This document shows positions 21,331 to 31,879 of a stretch of DNA of 32,000 nt, in pieces (the first letter of the stretch is position 1; each line of letters opens with the position of its first letter). A program made the position numbers and the translations under genes. Location of the stretch: the sequence record OZ371831.1; one strand, 5' to 3'. The notes below the pieces were generated by a model. That model was not told where the DNA came from and did not search any database. It worked only from the letters and a program-made list of their open reading frames with translations.

Positions 21331-24300
21331 ATGACCCCGACTCAGTCAAATAACGACTCACAACTAAATCATGTAGATGTCTCATTTTACGAATTCCTCG
21401 GATCAGCTTGGAAAAATCAAAAAAATGCAAAATTAAATCCAGAAGCACTTGAAATGCTTCTTGTTAAAACTGATGGTATTCCAGAAACCAATGCACCAGA
21501 CATAGAGAATAAAAATACAAAATTCGAAGACCAACAATTTATTCAAAAATCAAAAGAAAAAAGTTCGACAAACGAACGAGAACTTGCGCTTAAAAATGCA
21601 CTTGATGATGGAAATTATTCACATGCGATTAAATTAACGTATCCCACTTTTTGGTATAATGCTGAAATGACAACACAAATTGCTTCTGAAGCAATTAAAT
21701 ATTATGTACCCCAAATTTATAGTTTCAGTTGCTTACTCTGGAACAGCTTTTGGATTATTTTATTAACACCAATTCAAAGCATCCTAAATATTGTAGCAAT
21801 CCCAGTAGAATACTGTTTAGAGCTCTTTTGTGAAAAAGCCTACCGAACAAGTCAAATTTCTTTTAAACAAGGATATAAAGATACGCGATTTTGGCTTGGA
21901 CGCGGCCGTGGAAATACCTATGTAAAAGCAATGTATCAACGATGCCTTTACGTGGTGTCTTATTTCCGTATTCATAAATTTTATGTTCTAGATCAATTTA
22001 TAAAAAGTAGTTTTACAATTCGACGTGGACTCCAAGCGATTTTACCGATTAGTATTACATATTTGATTGTTCAACGTACAATTAGCGCACCACAAACAGT
22101 TTATTCAAAAGGCTTAGAAAAAACTTCTAAAACATTAAAAACACAAACACGCACTGCCATTTTAAAACTCTCAGTTCTTGAAAATTTAGAAGGTGTACTT
22201 AATCCAAAAAAAGAATATTTACGTGATTCACAAGGGATTCTTTTTACACGTAGTAAAGGTTTAAAAACTGAATTTGTTGAGGGAAAATATACGGATGTTG
22301 AAAAAGAAGTACTTAGCAATTTTACACACCCAAATGAATTTCTTGCAGTATTTCAAAAAGATAATACAACATTAAATACTAGTTTCAGCCATGAGGAAGA
22401 AATCGGACGTTATGAATGGTCATCCGCTGATGAACTTGCGCAAATGCCACCTCGCGAAGAAAAAGCAGAAGATGAAGAAGATGAAACAGAACCACCACCT
22501 TTTACACCTGAACCTGTTTACAAACGTCTGCAAGCAAAAGATAAAAAACTTTTAACAAAGTATAAAAAACGCCCACGTTTAACAAAACGACGTGCCAATA
22601 CACAATTCACACAACTCGGAAAACAAATTTCCGATCAATACATGCCCCTCGAGCCAAGACTTGGGCAATTTGCACAAAAAGATCTTCTACCGAAATGCTT
22701 TGCAGATCTAAAATATAAACCAATTCGAAAAATAACCAATATTCAAGCAGCCCCACTTGTAAATTCAGTAGATTATAATATTCCATGGGCCAAAGATATA
22801 GATCTTGTCAATTTCCTTCATGAAAGTGCAAATGAAGCAACTTTTTTAGAGCAAATTTATAAAGATGTTGAATTAAAAAATAACCGTGTAACATTTTCAC
22901 CATTTGGGATTCATTATCACACAGGAAAAACGGCTACATTCCCATTAAAACCATTTACTGCCCAAGAAACAAAACTATTTCATTATAGTTTTTCAGACAC
23001 AAGCTTAGAAGTTTTCAATCAACGTCCAGATGCTTTTGCAATGATTGAAAATCACCCATATCGTGCCGTGCTTCACGAGAGAACAGCACGTCAATTACAA
23101 ATTGTAAACAACACAAACCATAACGATTTCGACTCATCAGTAAAAGAGTTTTTTCCATTGGAAGATGACGCTAATGGAAAATTTAGCGAAATTAACGATA
23201 TTGATGTAGACGAATTAGATGATGATTTAGACGATGATGGTTTAAATGACGCTGATTTAGATGACGCTGATTTAGATGATGACGATTTAGATGACGATGA
23301 TTTAGATGATGACGCTGATTTAGATGATGACGATGATTTAGATGATGATGATAACTTAGATGATGATGATTTCGAGGATACGGACAATGAAATCTTTAGT
23401 GAAAATGACGATGTCGAAAATGACACATTAAATGACGACAATTTTACATCTAATAATGAGAAGAGTTTTGAATTAAACCACAAAACAACTACTCCAGACT
23501 TAGCTTCAAACGAAGAGTTAAGTAATTTAAGTAAATCTGGCCCACTTTGGTTCCGCGAAGGAACACTCTTTTTAAACCCGAATCAATATGAACCATGGCA
23601 AGACCTTGCCTGGAAAGGGATTGTACTTCAACTTTTAATGTATGCCGGAATTGAACTCTGTGTTCGTATTGAATGTCGTGGTATTATCGGTCGAACAGCA
23701 CCCCATGTAAACGATTTCATTGCGCATATTGATCGAATGCCCGAGGCCATTCGTATCAGTGAATATGTTGGGGAAAAGATGAAAACCCCGCCAGTTAAAA
23801 AACTTCTTTTAGCATTCCAAGTACAACGTGGAAAAGAATTATATGGCTATTCAACAGGATTAAAAATTTGGAATACCGGAATTCGACCAAATCTTTCATC
23901 AGAACAAGAAAGCAAAATTCTTGTTCAAATGCAAAAATTGAAAACACATTTCGAGAATTTCTTTACAATACAAGAAGAGACAATCACTTCTTTGACATAT
24001 CAACCACGTAATATTCTCGAGTCGACAAGTCTTAAACAATCAGATTCTAAAGATATTCTCCCACGTTATTCATGCTTTAACAATTTCACAACAGCCGCCC
24101 GAAAATATTTAAGTACCGTAACAGAACAAGGTAATACAATTGATTCGGATGTTTTAAAAGAACGCCAAGAACTCTTTAACCGTTTAGGTGGTGAACCAGC
24201 ACTAATGCAAGCATTACAATATGGAGAAAATTTCCAAAATGAAATGCGACAACTCCCATTATTTTCATTAATTAAACCTGGGACAGAGCGTATGCGCCAA

Positions 24301-25791
24301 CTTCCAAAAGGAATGATTTTACTTGGAGAACCAGGAAATGGGCGTACATATTTTGTTCGTACCTTAGCAACCGCATCACGTTTACCACTTTTAATTACCG
24401 AAAGTAACCGTTATTTAAATGAAATGGATGGATTGGTTCGCCTAAAAACTTTATTTAAACGTGCCCGTGAACAAGCTCCAAATATTCTTTTTATCCGTGA
24501 TTTAGACTTTATGACTCGTCATCGTGAACGTTATCCAATGTTCGGCTCAGTACGTGCAACAACACAACTTTTACTTGCAATGGATGGGTATAGTCGAGGA
24601 ACTGAAACAATTGCTTCACAACAAGATATTTTTGTAATGGGAAGTATGACAACAACTTCGATGATGGATGATGCCTGTATGCGTTCGGGACGATTTGAAT
24701 GGGTATTAGATTTCTACTACCCACCGGTAAAAGAACGTCATCAAATGCTTTTACTTCATAGCCAAAAATCTATGATCAATACTCCAATTGATATTGATTG
24801 GAATTATTTTAGTGCCATGACAGAAGGATTTAGTTGCCTTGATTTACGTATTCTTGTAAATACTTCATCAGTATATATGATGAAACAAGGCCTTACAAAC
24901 ATCCATACAAAAGAAAGTATGGCTTTTGCATTAGGCTCAATTAATCAAGTACACGATCTTTCACAAACACGATTTGTCGATGCTTCCTCAACTCTTGGGT
25001 TTTTTCCAACATTTGCATTCAGTGTGCGTCATAACCAACCAACACAATATGCACCATTTTTTACACAAACAGGACAAATCCCAATGTATAAAAAATTAAT
25101 GCATGTGTTCCGTAATATGGTGCCAGACGAGACAGAAACACTTAAGGAACGTTGGAACACAACAGCTCAAATTAATAACGTAGAACTTTACACAACACCA
25201 CCTATTAGTGTTGCCGACGGATTACTTCCTCTTTTAAGTGAAGGGTTATTTATTTATAATGCTCAAAAAACAATGGGACCACCATACCCAGTTGTTACAT
25301 TTGAAACATACTGTTGCCCATTATTCTTTACAGCAAAAGAAGCTATTGATGTACTGACAAGTCAACATACACTTGAACGTATTACAAAAGAGCATATGTT
25401 TATCACAAGTTTTGACCTCTGGCGCCGAACACAACTCCCAACGCCATATCCAATGGGAATCACTTCAGTCAAATCAATTGATATGCGCACCCGTGCAACT
25501 TCACTTTTACGTGCACAACGTTTCAGTAAAGAACATTCTCTTATTGGAGGTTTAAACGAAGTTCAATATGAAATGCTTTTCGGAGCACCACCAATTGCAG
25601 ACAAAATTAAACACCGTCTAAATTTTTTAACGAAAAAACAAAATGAATTTGCTTCACGTGATGCCAATATTTTTGGGACATTTGAAACAAATAATGATCT
25701 TTCGTTCAAATGTCGAAAAGAAACAACGGCACGTCGTATTGATCAAGTCGCAATGGAAATTATGACTTTAATGCAAAAAAATTGGCGTTAA
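21331..25791 (+). CDS. ycf2: Giant plastid ORF (1486 aa): Ycf2/FtsH-like AAA+ protein lacking a protease domain
   Basis: The only recognisable module is an AAA+ core at about aa 991-1150: LPKGMILLGEPGNGRTYFVRTLATASRLPLLIT (Walker A, with Arg in place of Lys), APNILFIRDLDF (Walker B, with RD instead of DE) and MDDACMRSGRFEWVLDFYYP (second region of homology, with RxGRF retained). I found no HEXXH zinc-protease motif anywhere. A hydrophobic segment lies near aa 125-160. Chlorophyte plastomes annotate such ORFs as ftsH or ycf2. The gene symbol is tentative. Confidence 0.75.
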   Translation: MTPTQSNNDSQLNHVDVSFYEFLGSAWKNQKNAKLNPEALEMLLVKTDGIPETNAPDIENKNTKFEDQQFIQKSKEKSSTNERELALKNALDDGNYSHAIKLTYPTFWYNAEMTTQIASEAIKYYVPQIYSFSCLLWNSFWIILLTPIQSILNIVAIPVEYCLELFCEKAYRTSQISFKQGYKDTRFWLGRGRGNTYVKAMYQRCLYVVSYFRIHKFYVLDQFIKSSFTIRRGLQAILPISITYLIVQRTISAPQTVYSKGLEKTSKTLKTQTRTAILKLSVLENLEGVLNPKKEYLRDSQGILFTRSKGLKTEFVEGKYTDVEKEVLSNFTHPNEFLAVFQKDNTTLNTSFSHEEEIGRYEWSSADELAQMPPREEKAEDEEDETEPPPFTPEPVYKRLQAKDKKLLTKYKKRPRLTKRRANTQFTQLGKQISDQYMPLEPRLGQFAQKDLLPKCFADLKYKPIRKITNIQAAPLVNSVDYNIPWAKDIDLVNFLHESANEATFLEQIYKDVELKNNRVTFSPFGIHYHTGKTATFPLKPFTAQETKLFHYSFSDTSLEVFNQRPDAFAMIENHPYRAVLHERTARQLQIVNNTNHNDFDSSVKEFFPLEDDANGKFSEINDIDVDELDDDLDDDGLNDADLDDADLDDDDLDDDDLDDDADLDDDDDLDDDDNLDDDDFEDTDNEIFSENDDVENDTLNDDNFTSNNEKSFELNHKTTTPDLASNEELSNLSKSGPLWFREGTLFLNPNQYEPWQDLAWKGIVLQLLMYAGIELCVRIECRGIIGRTAPHVNDFIAHIDRMPEAIRISEYVGEKMKTPPVKKLLLAFQVQRGKELYGYSTGLKIWNTGIRPNLSSEQESKILVQMQKLKTHFENFFTIQEETITSLTYQPRNILESTSLKQSDSKDILPRYSCFNNFTTAARKYLSTVTEQGNTIDSDVLKERQELFNRLGGEPALMQALQYGENFQNEMRQLPLFSLIKPGTERMRQLPKGMILLGEPGNGRTYFVRTLATASRLPLLITESNRYLNEMDGLVRLKTLFKRAREQAPNILFIRDLDFMTRHRERYPMFGSVRATTQLLLAMDGYSRGTETIASQQDIFVMGSMTTTSMMDDACMRSGRFEWVLDFYYPPVKERHQMLLLHSQKSMINTPIDIDWNYFSAMTEGFSCLDLRILVNTSSVYMMKQGLTNIHTKESMAFALGSINQVHDLSQTRFVDASSTLGFFPTFAFSVRHNQPTQYAPFFTQTGQIPMYKKLMHVFRNMVPDETETLKERWNTTAQINNVELYTTPPISVADGLLPLLSEGLFIYNAQKTMGPPYPVVTFETYCCPLFFTAKEAIDVLTSQHTLERITKEHMFITSFDLWRRTQLPTPYPMGITSVKSIDMRTRATSLLRAQRFSKEHSLIGGLNEVQYEMLFGAPPIADKIKHRLNFLTKKQNEFASRDANIFGTFETNNDLSFKCRKETTARRIDQVAMEIMTLMQKNWR
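23197..23379 (+). repeat. In-frame degenerate tandem codon repeat (units like gat-tta-gat-gat-gac) encoding an Asp/Leu tract
   Basis: It translates to DIDVDELDDDLDDDGLNDADLDDADLDDDDLDDDDLDDDADLDDDDDLDDDDNLDDDDFED. The 15-nt string gatttagatgacgct occurs twice, and close variants (gatttagatgatgac, gatttagatgacgat) follow. Confidence 0.85.
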
Positions 25792-25837
25792 CGACGAATC
25801 AACAACAATTCGCATTTAATTTTATAGTCAGTCCCTA

Positions 25838-25862
25838 AAGCTTTTTTTATCAGAAAAAGCTT
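25838..25862 (+). terminator. 9-bp inverted repeat (7-nt loop) 46 nt downstream of the giant ORF stop
   Basis: aagcttttt (25838-25846) pairs with aaaaagctt (25854-25862). Confidence 0.35.
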
Positions 25863-25898
25863 AGGTGTAAAGATTCGGACTTTTTTTTACATATTTTT

Positions 25899-25926
25899 TT
25901 GCAATTCCTCAGTCGAAAGATATAAT
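25899..25926 (+). promoter_or_regulatory. Candidate sigma70/PEP-type promoter for the psbEFLJ cluster: TTGCAA-N16-TATAAT
   Basis: ttgcaa is at 25899-25904, followed by a 16-nt spacer and tataat at 25921-25926, about 80 nt upstream of the psbE ATG. AAGGAG lies 8 nt before the ATG. Confidence 0.4.
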
Positions 25927-26006
25927 ATAATCGAGCCTCGTACAGATAAATTAAATTTCAATTTTAATGCACGGGCTTTTACAGAAATGTTAAAGGAGTA
26001 ACCCAT

Positions 26007-26246
26007 ATGTCAGGTTCTACAGGAGAGCGTCCTTTTGGTGACATCATTACAAGTATCCGTTACTGGGTGATTCATAGTGTTACAATTCCATCTTTATTTA
26101 TTGCAGGATGGCTTTTTGTAAGTACTGGATTAGCATACGACGTGTTTGGAACACCGCGTCCAAACGAATACTTTACAGACGAGCGTCAAACGCTTCCTTT
26201 AGTGTCAGATCGCTACGGCGCACTTGCACAAATGGAAGAGTTTTAA
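26007..26246 (+). CDS. psbE: Cytochrome b559 alpha subunit (79 aa)
   Basis: [50 protein letters not shown] is canonical PsbE, including the haem-ligand His. Confidence 0.96.
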   Translation: MSGSTGERPFGDIITSIRYWVIHSVTIPSLFIAGWLFVSTGLAYDVFGTPRPNEYFTDERQTLPLVSDRYGALAQMEEF

Positions 26247-26405
26247 TACTCGCTTAAGTAAATCTAGATAGGAAAACAAACGGGCATTTTTGCTTTTAGT
26301 TGAGCATGTATCCAACTGAGCAAAAAAAAACATATGCGCGCCTTTTTGGTGCATATGCTATGTATACGTTATTTATTCGACCTGTTTATCAGGTATATTT
26401 TTATT

Positions 26406-26522
26406 ATGTCGATTAAAACATATCCAATTTTTACATTCCGTTGGCTTACAATTCACGCATTAGCTGTACCAGTGGTATTTTTCCTTGGTTCTATTACAGC
26501 AATGCAGTTTATTCAACGTTAA
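26406..26522 (+). CDS. psbF: Cytochrome b559 beta subunit (38 aa)
   Basis: [38 protein letters not shown] is canonical PsbF. I trimmed the ORF-track product (start 26334) to the ATG at 26406. Confidence 0.92.
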   Translation: MSIKTYPIFTFRWLTIHALAVPVVFFLGSITAMQFIQR

Positions 26523-26534
26523 GAGGAGAGTTGT

Positions 26535-26651
26535 ATGACAAATCCAAATCCAAACAAGCAAACTGTTGAGTTAAACCGTACAAGTCTTTACTGGGGTTTA
26601 CTTCTCATTTTTGTGCTTGCGGTTCTTTTTTCAAGCTATATTTTTAACTAA
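26535..26651 (+). CDS. psbL: Photosystem II protein L (38 aa); not in the ORF track, found by eye
   Basis: The ATG at 26535 opens [38 protein letters not shown], ending at the stop at 26649-26651. The [28 protein letters not shown] pattern is diagnostic of PsbL. GAGGAG lies upstream. Confidence 0.93.
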   Translation: MTNPNPNKQTVELNRTSLYWGLLLIFVLAVLFSSYIFN

Positions 26652-26674
26652 ACACATTTGTAGGGGAAAGATCT

Positions 26675-26800
26675 ATGTCAAATACGACAACAGGACGAAT
26701 TCCATTATGGTTCGTAGGAACAGTAGCTGGACTTGCAGCACTTGGTCTTTTAGCCATTTTCTTTTATGGTTCATATACTGGTCTCGGATCTTCACTTTAA
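26675..26800 (+). CDS. psbJ: Photosystem II protein J (41 aa); not in the ORF track, found by eye
   Basis: The ATG at 26675 opens [41 protein letters not shown], ending at the stop at 26798-26800. GRIPLW...FFYGSY.GLGSSL is the PsbJ signature. Confidence 0.92.
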   Translation: MSNTTTGRIPLWFVGTVAGLAALGLLAIFFYGSYTGLGSSL

Positions 26801-27026
26801 AGATTCAACCAAACTTTATTATATGTAAAAACATATAATACTTTACTTTTATTGGGCTAGCTTAAGAAGCACCCAATGACATCAGGAAACTGAGCACCAT
26901 TAAGCTTTTGTCCAGCTAAATGCTGGGCTAAATGCTTATTTTAAATTTTGTTATGAACAAACTGGCCAACTGTGAACTCTATTTAACTTTGCTTCTTTTT
27001 TTTTATAAAAAAGAAACAGTAAATAG

Positions 27027-27716
<690 letters not shown>

Positions 27717-27752
27717 ATTGAACAAATATTTATTTGTTTAATTTAAAACAAA

Positions 27753-27782
27753 TTGTTTGCGTAGATTTCACTACGCAAACAA
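27753..27782 (+). terminator. Perfect 12-bp inverted repeat (6-nt loop) 37 nt downstream of the petB stop
   Basis: ttgtttgcgtag (27753-27764) pairs with ctacgcaaacaa (27771-27782). A 7-bp AT hairpin (aacaaat/atttgtt) precedes it at 27721-27738. Confidence 0.5.
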
Positions 27783-27859
27783 GAAAACATAATCAAAAGA
27801 GCTCTAAGAAAGAAGCTTGTATTCTCTACATAAACCAATTACTATGAATTTACAAGAAA

Positions 27860-27931
27860 GGGTCAGTAACTCAGTGGTAGAGTATTCGGCTTTTAACCGA
27901 TTAGCCGTGGGTTCGAATCCCACCTGACCCA
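27860..27931 (+). tRNA. trnK: tRNA-Lys (anticodon UUU), intronless (no matK)
   Basis: GGGTCAGTAACTCAGTGGTAGAGTATTCGGCTTTTAACCGATTAGCCGTGGGTTCGAATCCCACCTGACCCA has anticodon loop CTTTTAA. Confidence 0.92.
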
Positions 27932-27988
27932 AAACTATTCCAAATTTCAAAATCTCGGATAAGAAACTATACCAATCATGAAGAAATA

Positions 27989-27997
27989 TGATAGAAT
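27989..27997 (+). promoter_or_regulatory. Candidate extended -10 element (TGaTAGAAT) upstream of psaC
   Basis: tgatagaat lies at 27989-27997, 76 nt upstream of the psaC ATG. This is a motif match only. Confidence 0.25.
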
Positions 27998-28037
27998 CTT
28001 AATTACGAGATGACCTCTTTATATTCATCCCGTTTAA

Positions 28038-28319
<282 letters not shown>

Positions 28320-28324
28320 TTTTT

Positions 28325-28348
28325 CTGTGGTTCATTTATGAACCACGG
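28325..28348 (+). terminator. Inverted repeat (9 perfect bp plus a U-G and a C-G pair) starting 6 nt after the psaC stop
   Basis: gtggttcat (28327-28335) pairs with atgaaccac (28338-28346). The stem is extended by t28326-g28347 and c28325-g28348. Confidence 0.45.
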
Positions 28349-28482
28349 AAACACCTCTTGATCATATTTGATCATTATATGGCTATGTTTAAAGTTAAAC
28401 ATTGCAATACACTAGCCCGTGAGAGCTTTGAATACATTTCTTTATTTAAAAGAAATCGTATTTTTTTAATTATTAACTATAG

Positions 28483-29976
<1,494 letters not shown>

Positions 29977-30040
29977 TCAATTAATATTAAGTTTCAACAA
30001 AACTCAAATTAATTAAGTCTTACGAGTCAGTAAAACAAAA

Positions 30041-30090
30041 TTCTGGTCAAGAAAAACTAGTTTATTCAAACTCGAAAACCTTGACCAGAA
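30041..30090 (+). terminator. 11-bp perfect long-range inverted repeat (28-nt loop) in the atpB-atpE spacer
   Basis: ttctggtcaag (30041-30051) pairs with cttgaccagaa (30080-30090). A 5-bp sub-hairpin (agttt/aaact) lies inside the loop. Confidence 0.35.
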
Positions 30091-30140
30091 CTCTCTCTTT
30101 TGAGTAATTCAAAAGAACTGAAGAAAAACAGAGGTAAAAC

Positions 30141-30569
30141 ATGGAAGTTTGTATTGTAAAACCGGATCGAATTTTTTTTAAGGAAGATGCTGAAGAGTTA
30201 CTCCTTCCAACAAGTACTGGATACATTGGTATCCTTCAAGAACACGCACCACTCGTAACAGGATTAGACAACGGTGTACTTGCACTTCGCCAAGGAACAT
30301 CATGGAAAATTCTTGCTCTCCTTGGAGGGTTTGGTGTAATTAAAGAGAACCGTGTAAACATTCTCTGTCGTGATATTGAAGATGCAGCTGAAATTGACGT
30401 AGATGAAGCAGAACGCCGTGTAGCAGAAGCTCGCACTGGTATGGAAAAAGCTGAATCTCGTAAAATCTATATTGAAAACCAACTTACGTTTGACCGCGAA
30501 CGCGCACGTATTGAGGCACACACAATGTGGAAAAACTCAGCAGGTGGTGCACCTGTATTTGGTGGATAA
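30141..30569 (+). CDS. atpE: ATP synthase CF1 epsilon subunit (142 aa)
   Basis: ELLLPTSTGYIGILQEHAPLVTGLDNGVLALRQGTSWKILALLGGFGVIKENRVNIL...IDVDEAERRVAEAR matches the epsilon fold pattern, and the gene sits immediately downstream of atpB. Confidence 0.9.
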   Translation: MEVCIVKPDRIFFKEDAEELLLPTSTGYIGILQEHAPLVTGLDNGVLALRQGTSWKILALLGGFGVIKENRVNILCRDIEDAAEIDVDEAERRVAEARTGMEKAESRKIYIENQLTFDRERARIEAHTMWKNSAGGAPVFGG

Positions 30570-30650
30570 TCTTGAAATAAAGATTTAGATCTGCGGGCCT
30601 ATCAAGGTCCGCAACCTATATATAAGTCTATAGACATTATTTTAAAAACA

Positions 30651-30684
30651 TGTTTAGGTAATAAAATAAACTATCACCTAAACA
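30651..30684 (-). terminator. 9-bp inverted repeat (16-nt loop) 9 nt downstream of the clpP stop
   Basis: tgtttaggt (30651-30659) pairs with acctaaaca (30676-30684). A separate 8-bp stem with one G-U pair at 30592-30613 follows the atpE stop. Confidence 0.35.
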
Positions 30685-30692
30685 ATTAAAGA

Positions 30693-31295
30693 TTAAACAT
30701 TATTATTATCATTTGATGCAACAAGATCAACAAGTCCGTACTCACGCGCTTCACGTGCAGAAAGATACTTATCACGATCAAGATCACGTGCAACAGTTGA
30801 CGCAGATTGCCCTGTTAAATCTACATAAAGACGACCAATTAATTTACGTAAACGAATAATCTCTTCTTTTTCAAGAACAATTTCAGAAGCCTGCCCTTCC
30901 ATACCACCTTGTGGTTGGTGAACCATAATTCGGCAATGCGGTAATGCAATACGGCTTCCACGCTCACCACCGGCTAAAATAAAAGAAGCCATAGATGCAG
31001 CAAATCCAATACCGATAGTTGTTACAGAAGCATCTACATAATTCATAATATCAAATACTGAAAGACCAGCTGTTACCGATCCTCCAGGAGAATTAATATA
31101 AAGAAATAAACGACGGTTTGAATCTTCGGCACTTAAATAAAGCATAATACCATTCAATTGGTTTGCGAGCTCATCATCAAGAGCAGAACCAAGGAATAAT
31201 ACACGCTCACGATATAAACGATTATATAAATCAACCCATTGTGGGACTGCTTCACCAGGTAAACGATAAGCAACTTTAGGGACTCCAATTGGCAT
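30693..31295 (-). CDS. clpP: ATP-dependent Clp protease proteolytic subunit (200 aa), intronless, no large insertion
   Basis: [10 protein letters not shown]...[22 protein letters not shown]...[32 protein letters not shown] carries the Ser and His catalytic residues, and RDLDRD carries the Asp. Confidence 0.96.
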   Translation of the reverse strand: MPIGVPKVAYRLPGEAVPQWVDLYNRLYRERVLFLGSALDDELANQLNGIMLYLSAEDSNRRLFLYINSPGGSVTAGLSVFDIMNYVDASVTTIGIGFAASMASFILAGGERGSRIALPHCRIMVHQPQGGMEGQASEIVLEKEEIIRLRKLIGRLYVDLTGQSASTVARDLDRDKYLSAREAREYGLVDLVASNDNNNV

Positions 31296-31387
31296 AAAAA
31301 AAAGAAATAATTATATATAGTATATATCTAATAAATGGCAATTAAATGCCTCGATACTAAATAAATATCTTATCAAATAAAAGTTTC

Positions 31388-31416
31388 TAGACAAAGCATA
31401 AAAAGGTCCCTATAAT
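31388..31416 (+). promoter_or_regulatory. Candidate sigma70/PEP-type promoter for rpl32: TAGACA-N17-TATAAT
   Basis: tagaca (31388-31393, 5 of 6 matches to TTGACA) is followed by a 17-nt spacer and a perfect tataat (31411-31416), 34 nt upstream of the rpl32 ATG. Confidence 0.45.
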
Positions 31417-31449
31417 AGAATTATAGTTTTTATCTACACACATACTTTT

Positions 31450-31668
31450 ATGGCAGTACCAAAACGACGAATGTCACGAGCAAAATCCGCAATGCGTAAG
31501 TCTCATTGGCAACGCAAAGCAATTGATGCAGCACGTAATGCTTTATCATTAGGTAAGTCGTTAACAACACGTAACGCAAAAGGATTCTATTACCCGCCAT
31601 CACCTGTTGCGGGAGTATTAAATGAAAATGTACAAGGTTTTGGAAATTCAACAGAAACAGAAGAATAA
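31450..31668 (+). CDS. rpl32: 50S ribosomal protein L32 (72 aa)
   Basis: MAVPKRRMSRAKSAMRKSHW is the L32 N-terminal signature. The C-terminal extension is poorly conserved. Confidence 0.88.
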   Translation: MAVPKRRMSRAKSAMRKSHWQRKAIDAARNALSLGKSLTTRNAKGFYYPPSPVAGVLNENVQGFGNSTETEE

Positions 31669-31676
31669 CAAACCAT

Positions 31677-31700
31677 GGTTGTAGGTTAAAACCTACAACC
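31677..31700 (+). terminator. 11-bp perfect inverted repeat 9 nt downstream of the rpl32 stop
   Basis: ggttgtaggtt (31677-31687), aa, aacctacaacc (31690-31700). Confidence 0.5.
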
Positions 31701-31879
31701 AAAAAACATGGGCATTCCATGAAAATATAAGATATAGACTGACGAACTGAGACGTGTTACTGTATAATAAAAACAAACGCAAAAAGTAGATTTTGCAATC
31801 TCTATCGTTCGGTATGTCTATCTTAACTACAAGTAAAATATCAACGTATATCAAACATAAGGACAGCAAATAACAAACT

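Noticed and set aside
23197-23379. Tandem repeat considered as a possible CRISPR-like or minisatellite non-coding array
   Set aside because: The units are 15 nt or shorter and degenerate, have no spacers, and maintain the reading frame of a 4.4-kb ORF. It is a coding low-complexity repeat, not a CRISPR array.
23091-23483. 130-aa antisense ORF rich in Ser/Lys (SSSSKSSSSK...) opposite the giant ORF
   Set aside because: It is the reverse-complement reading of the GAT/TTA repeat (atc/taa-free frame), so it stays open only because of the repeat composition. It is a mirror artefact of the Asp/Leu tract. The same applies to 22101-22319, 24509-24724 and 25373-25555, which are nested in the giant ORF.
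26334-26838. ORF 26334-26522 as a 62-aa psbF, and ORF 26611-26838 (75 aa) spanning psbL and psbJ
   Set aside because: The first is psbF with a non-homologous 24-codon upstream extension. The second is out of frame with both psbL and psbJ, whose translations are diagnostic.
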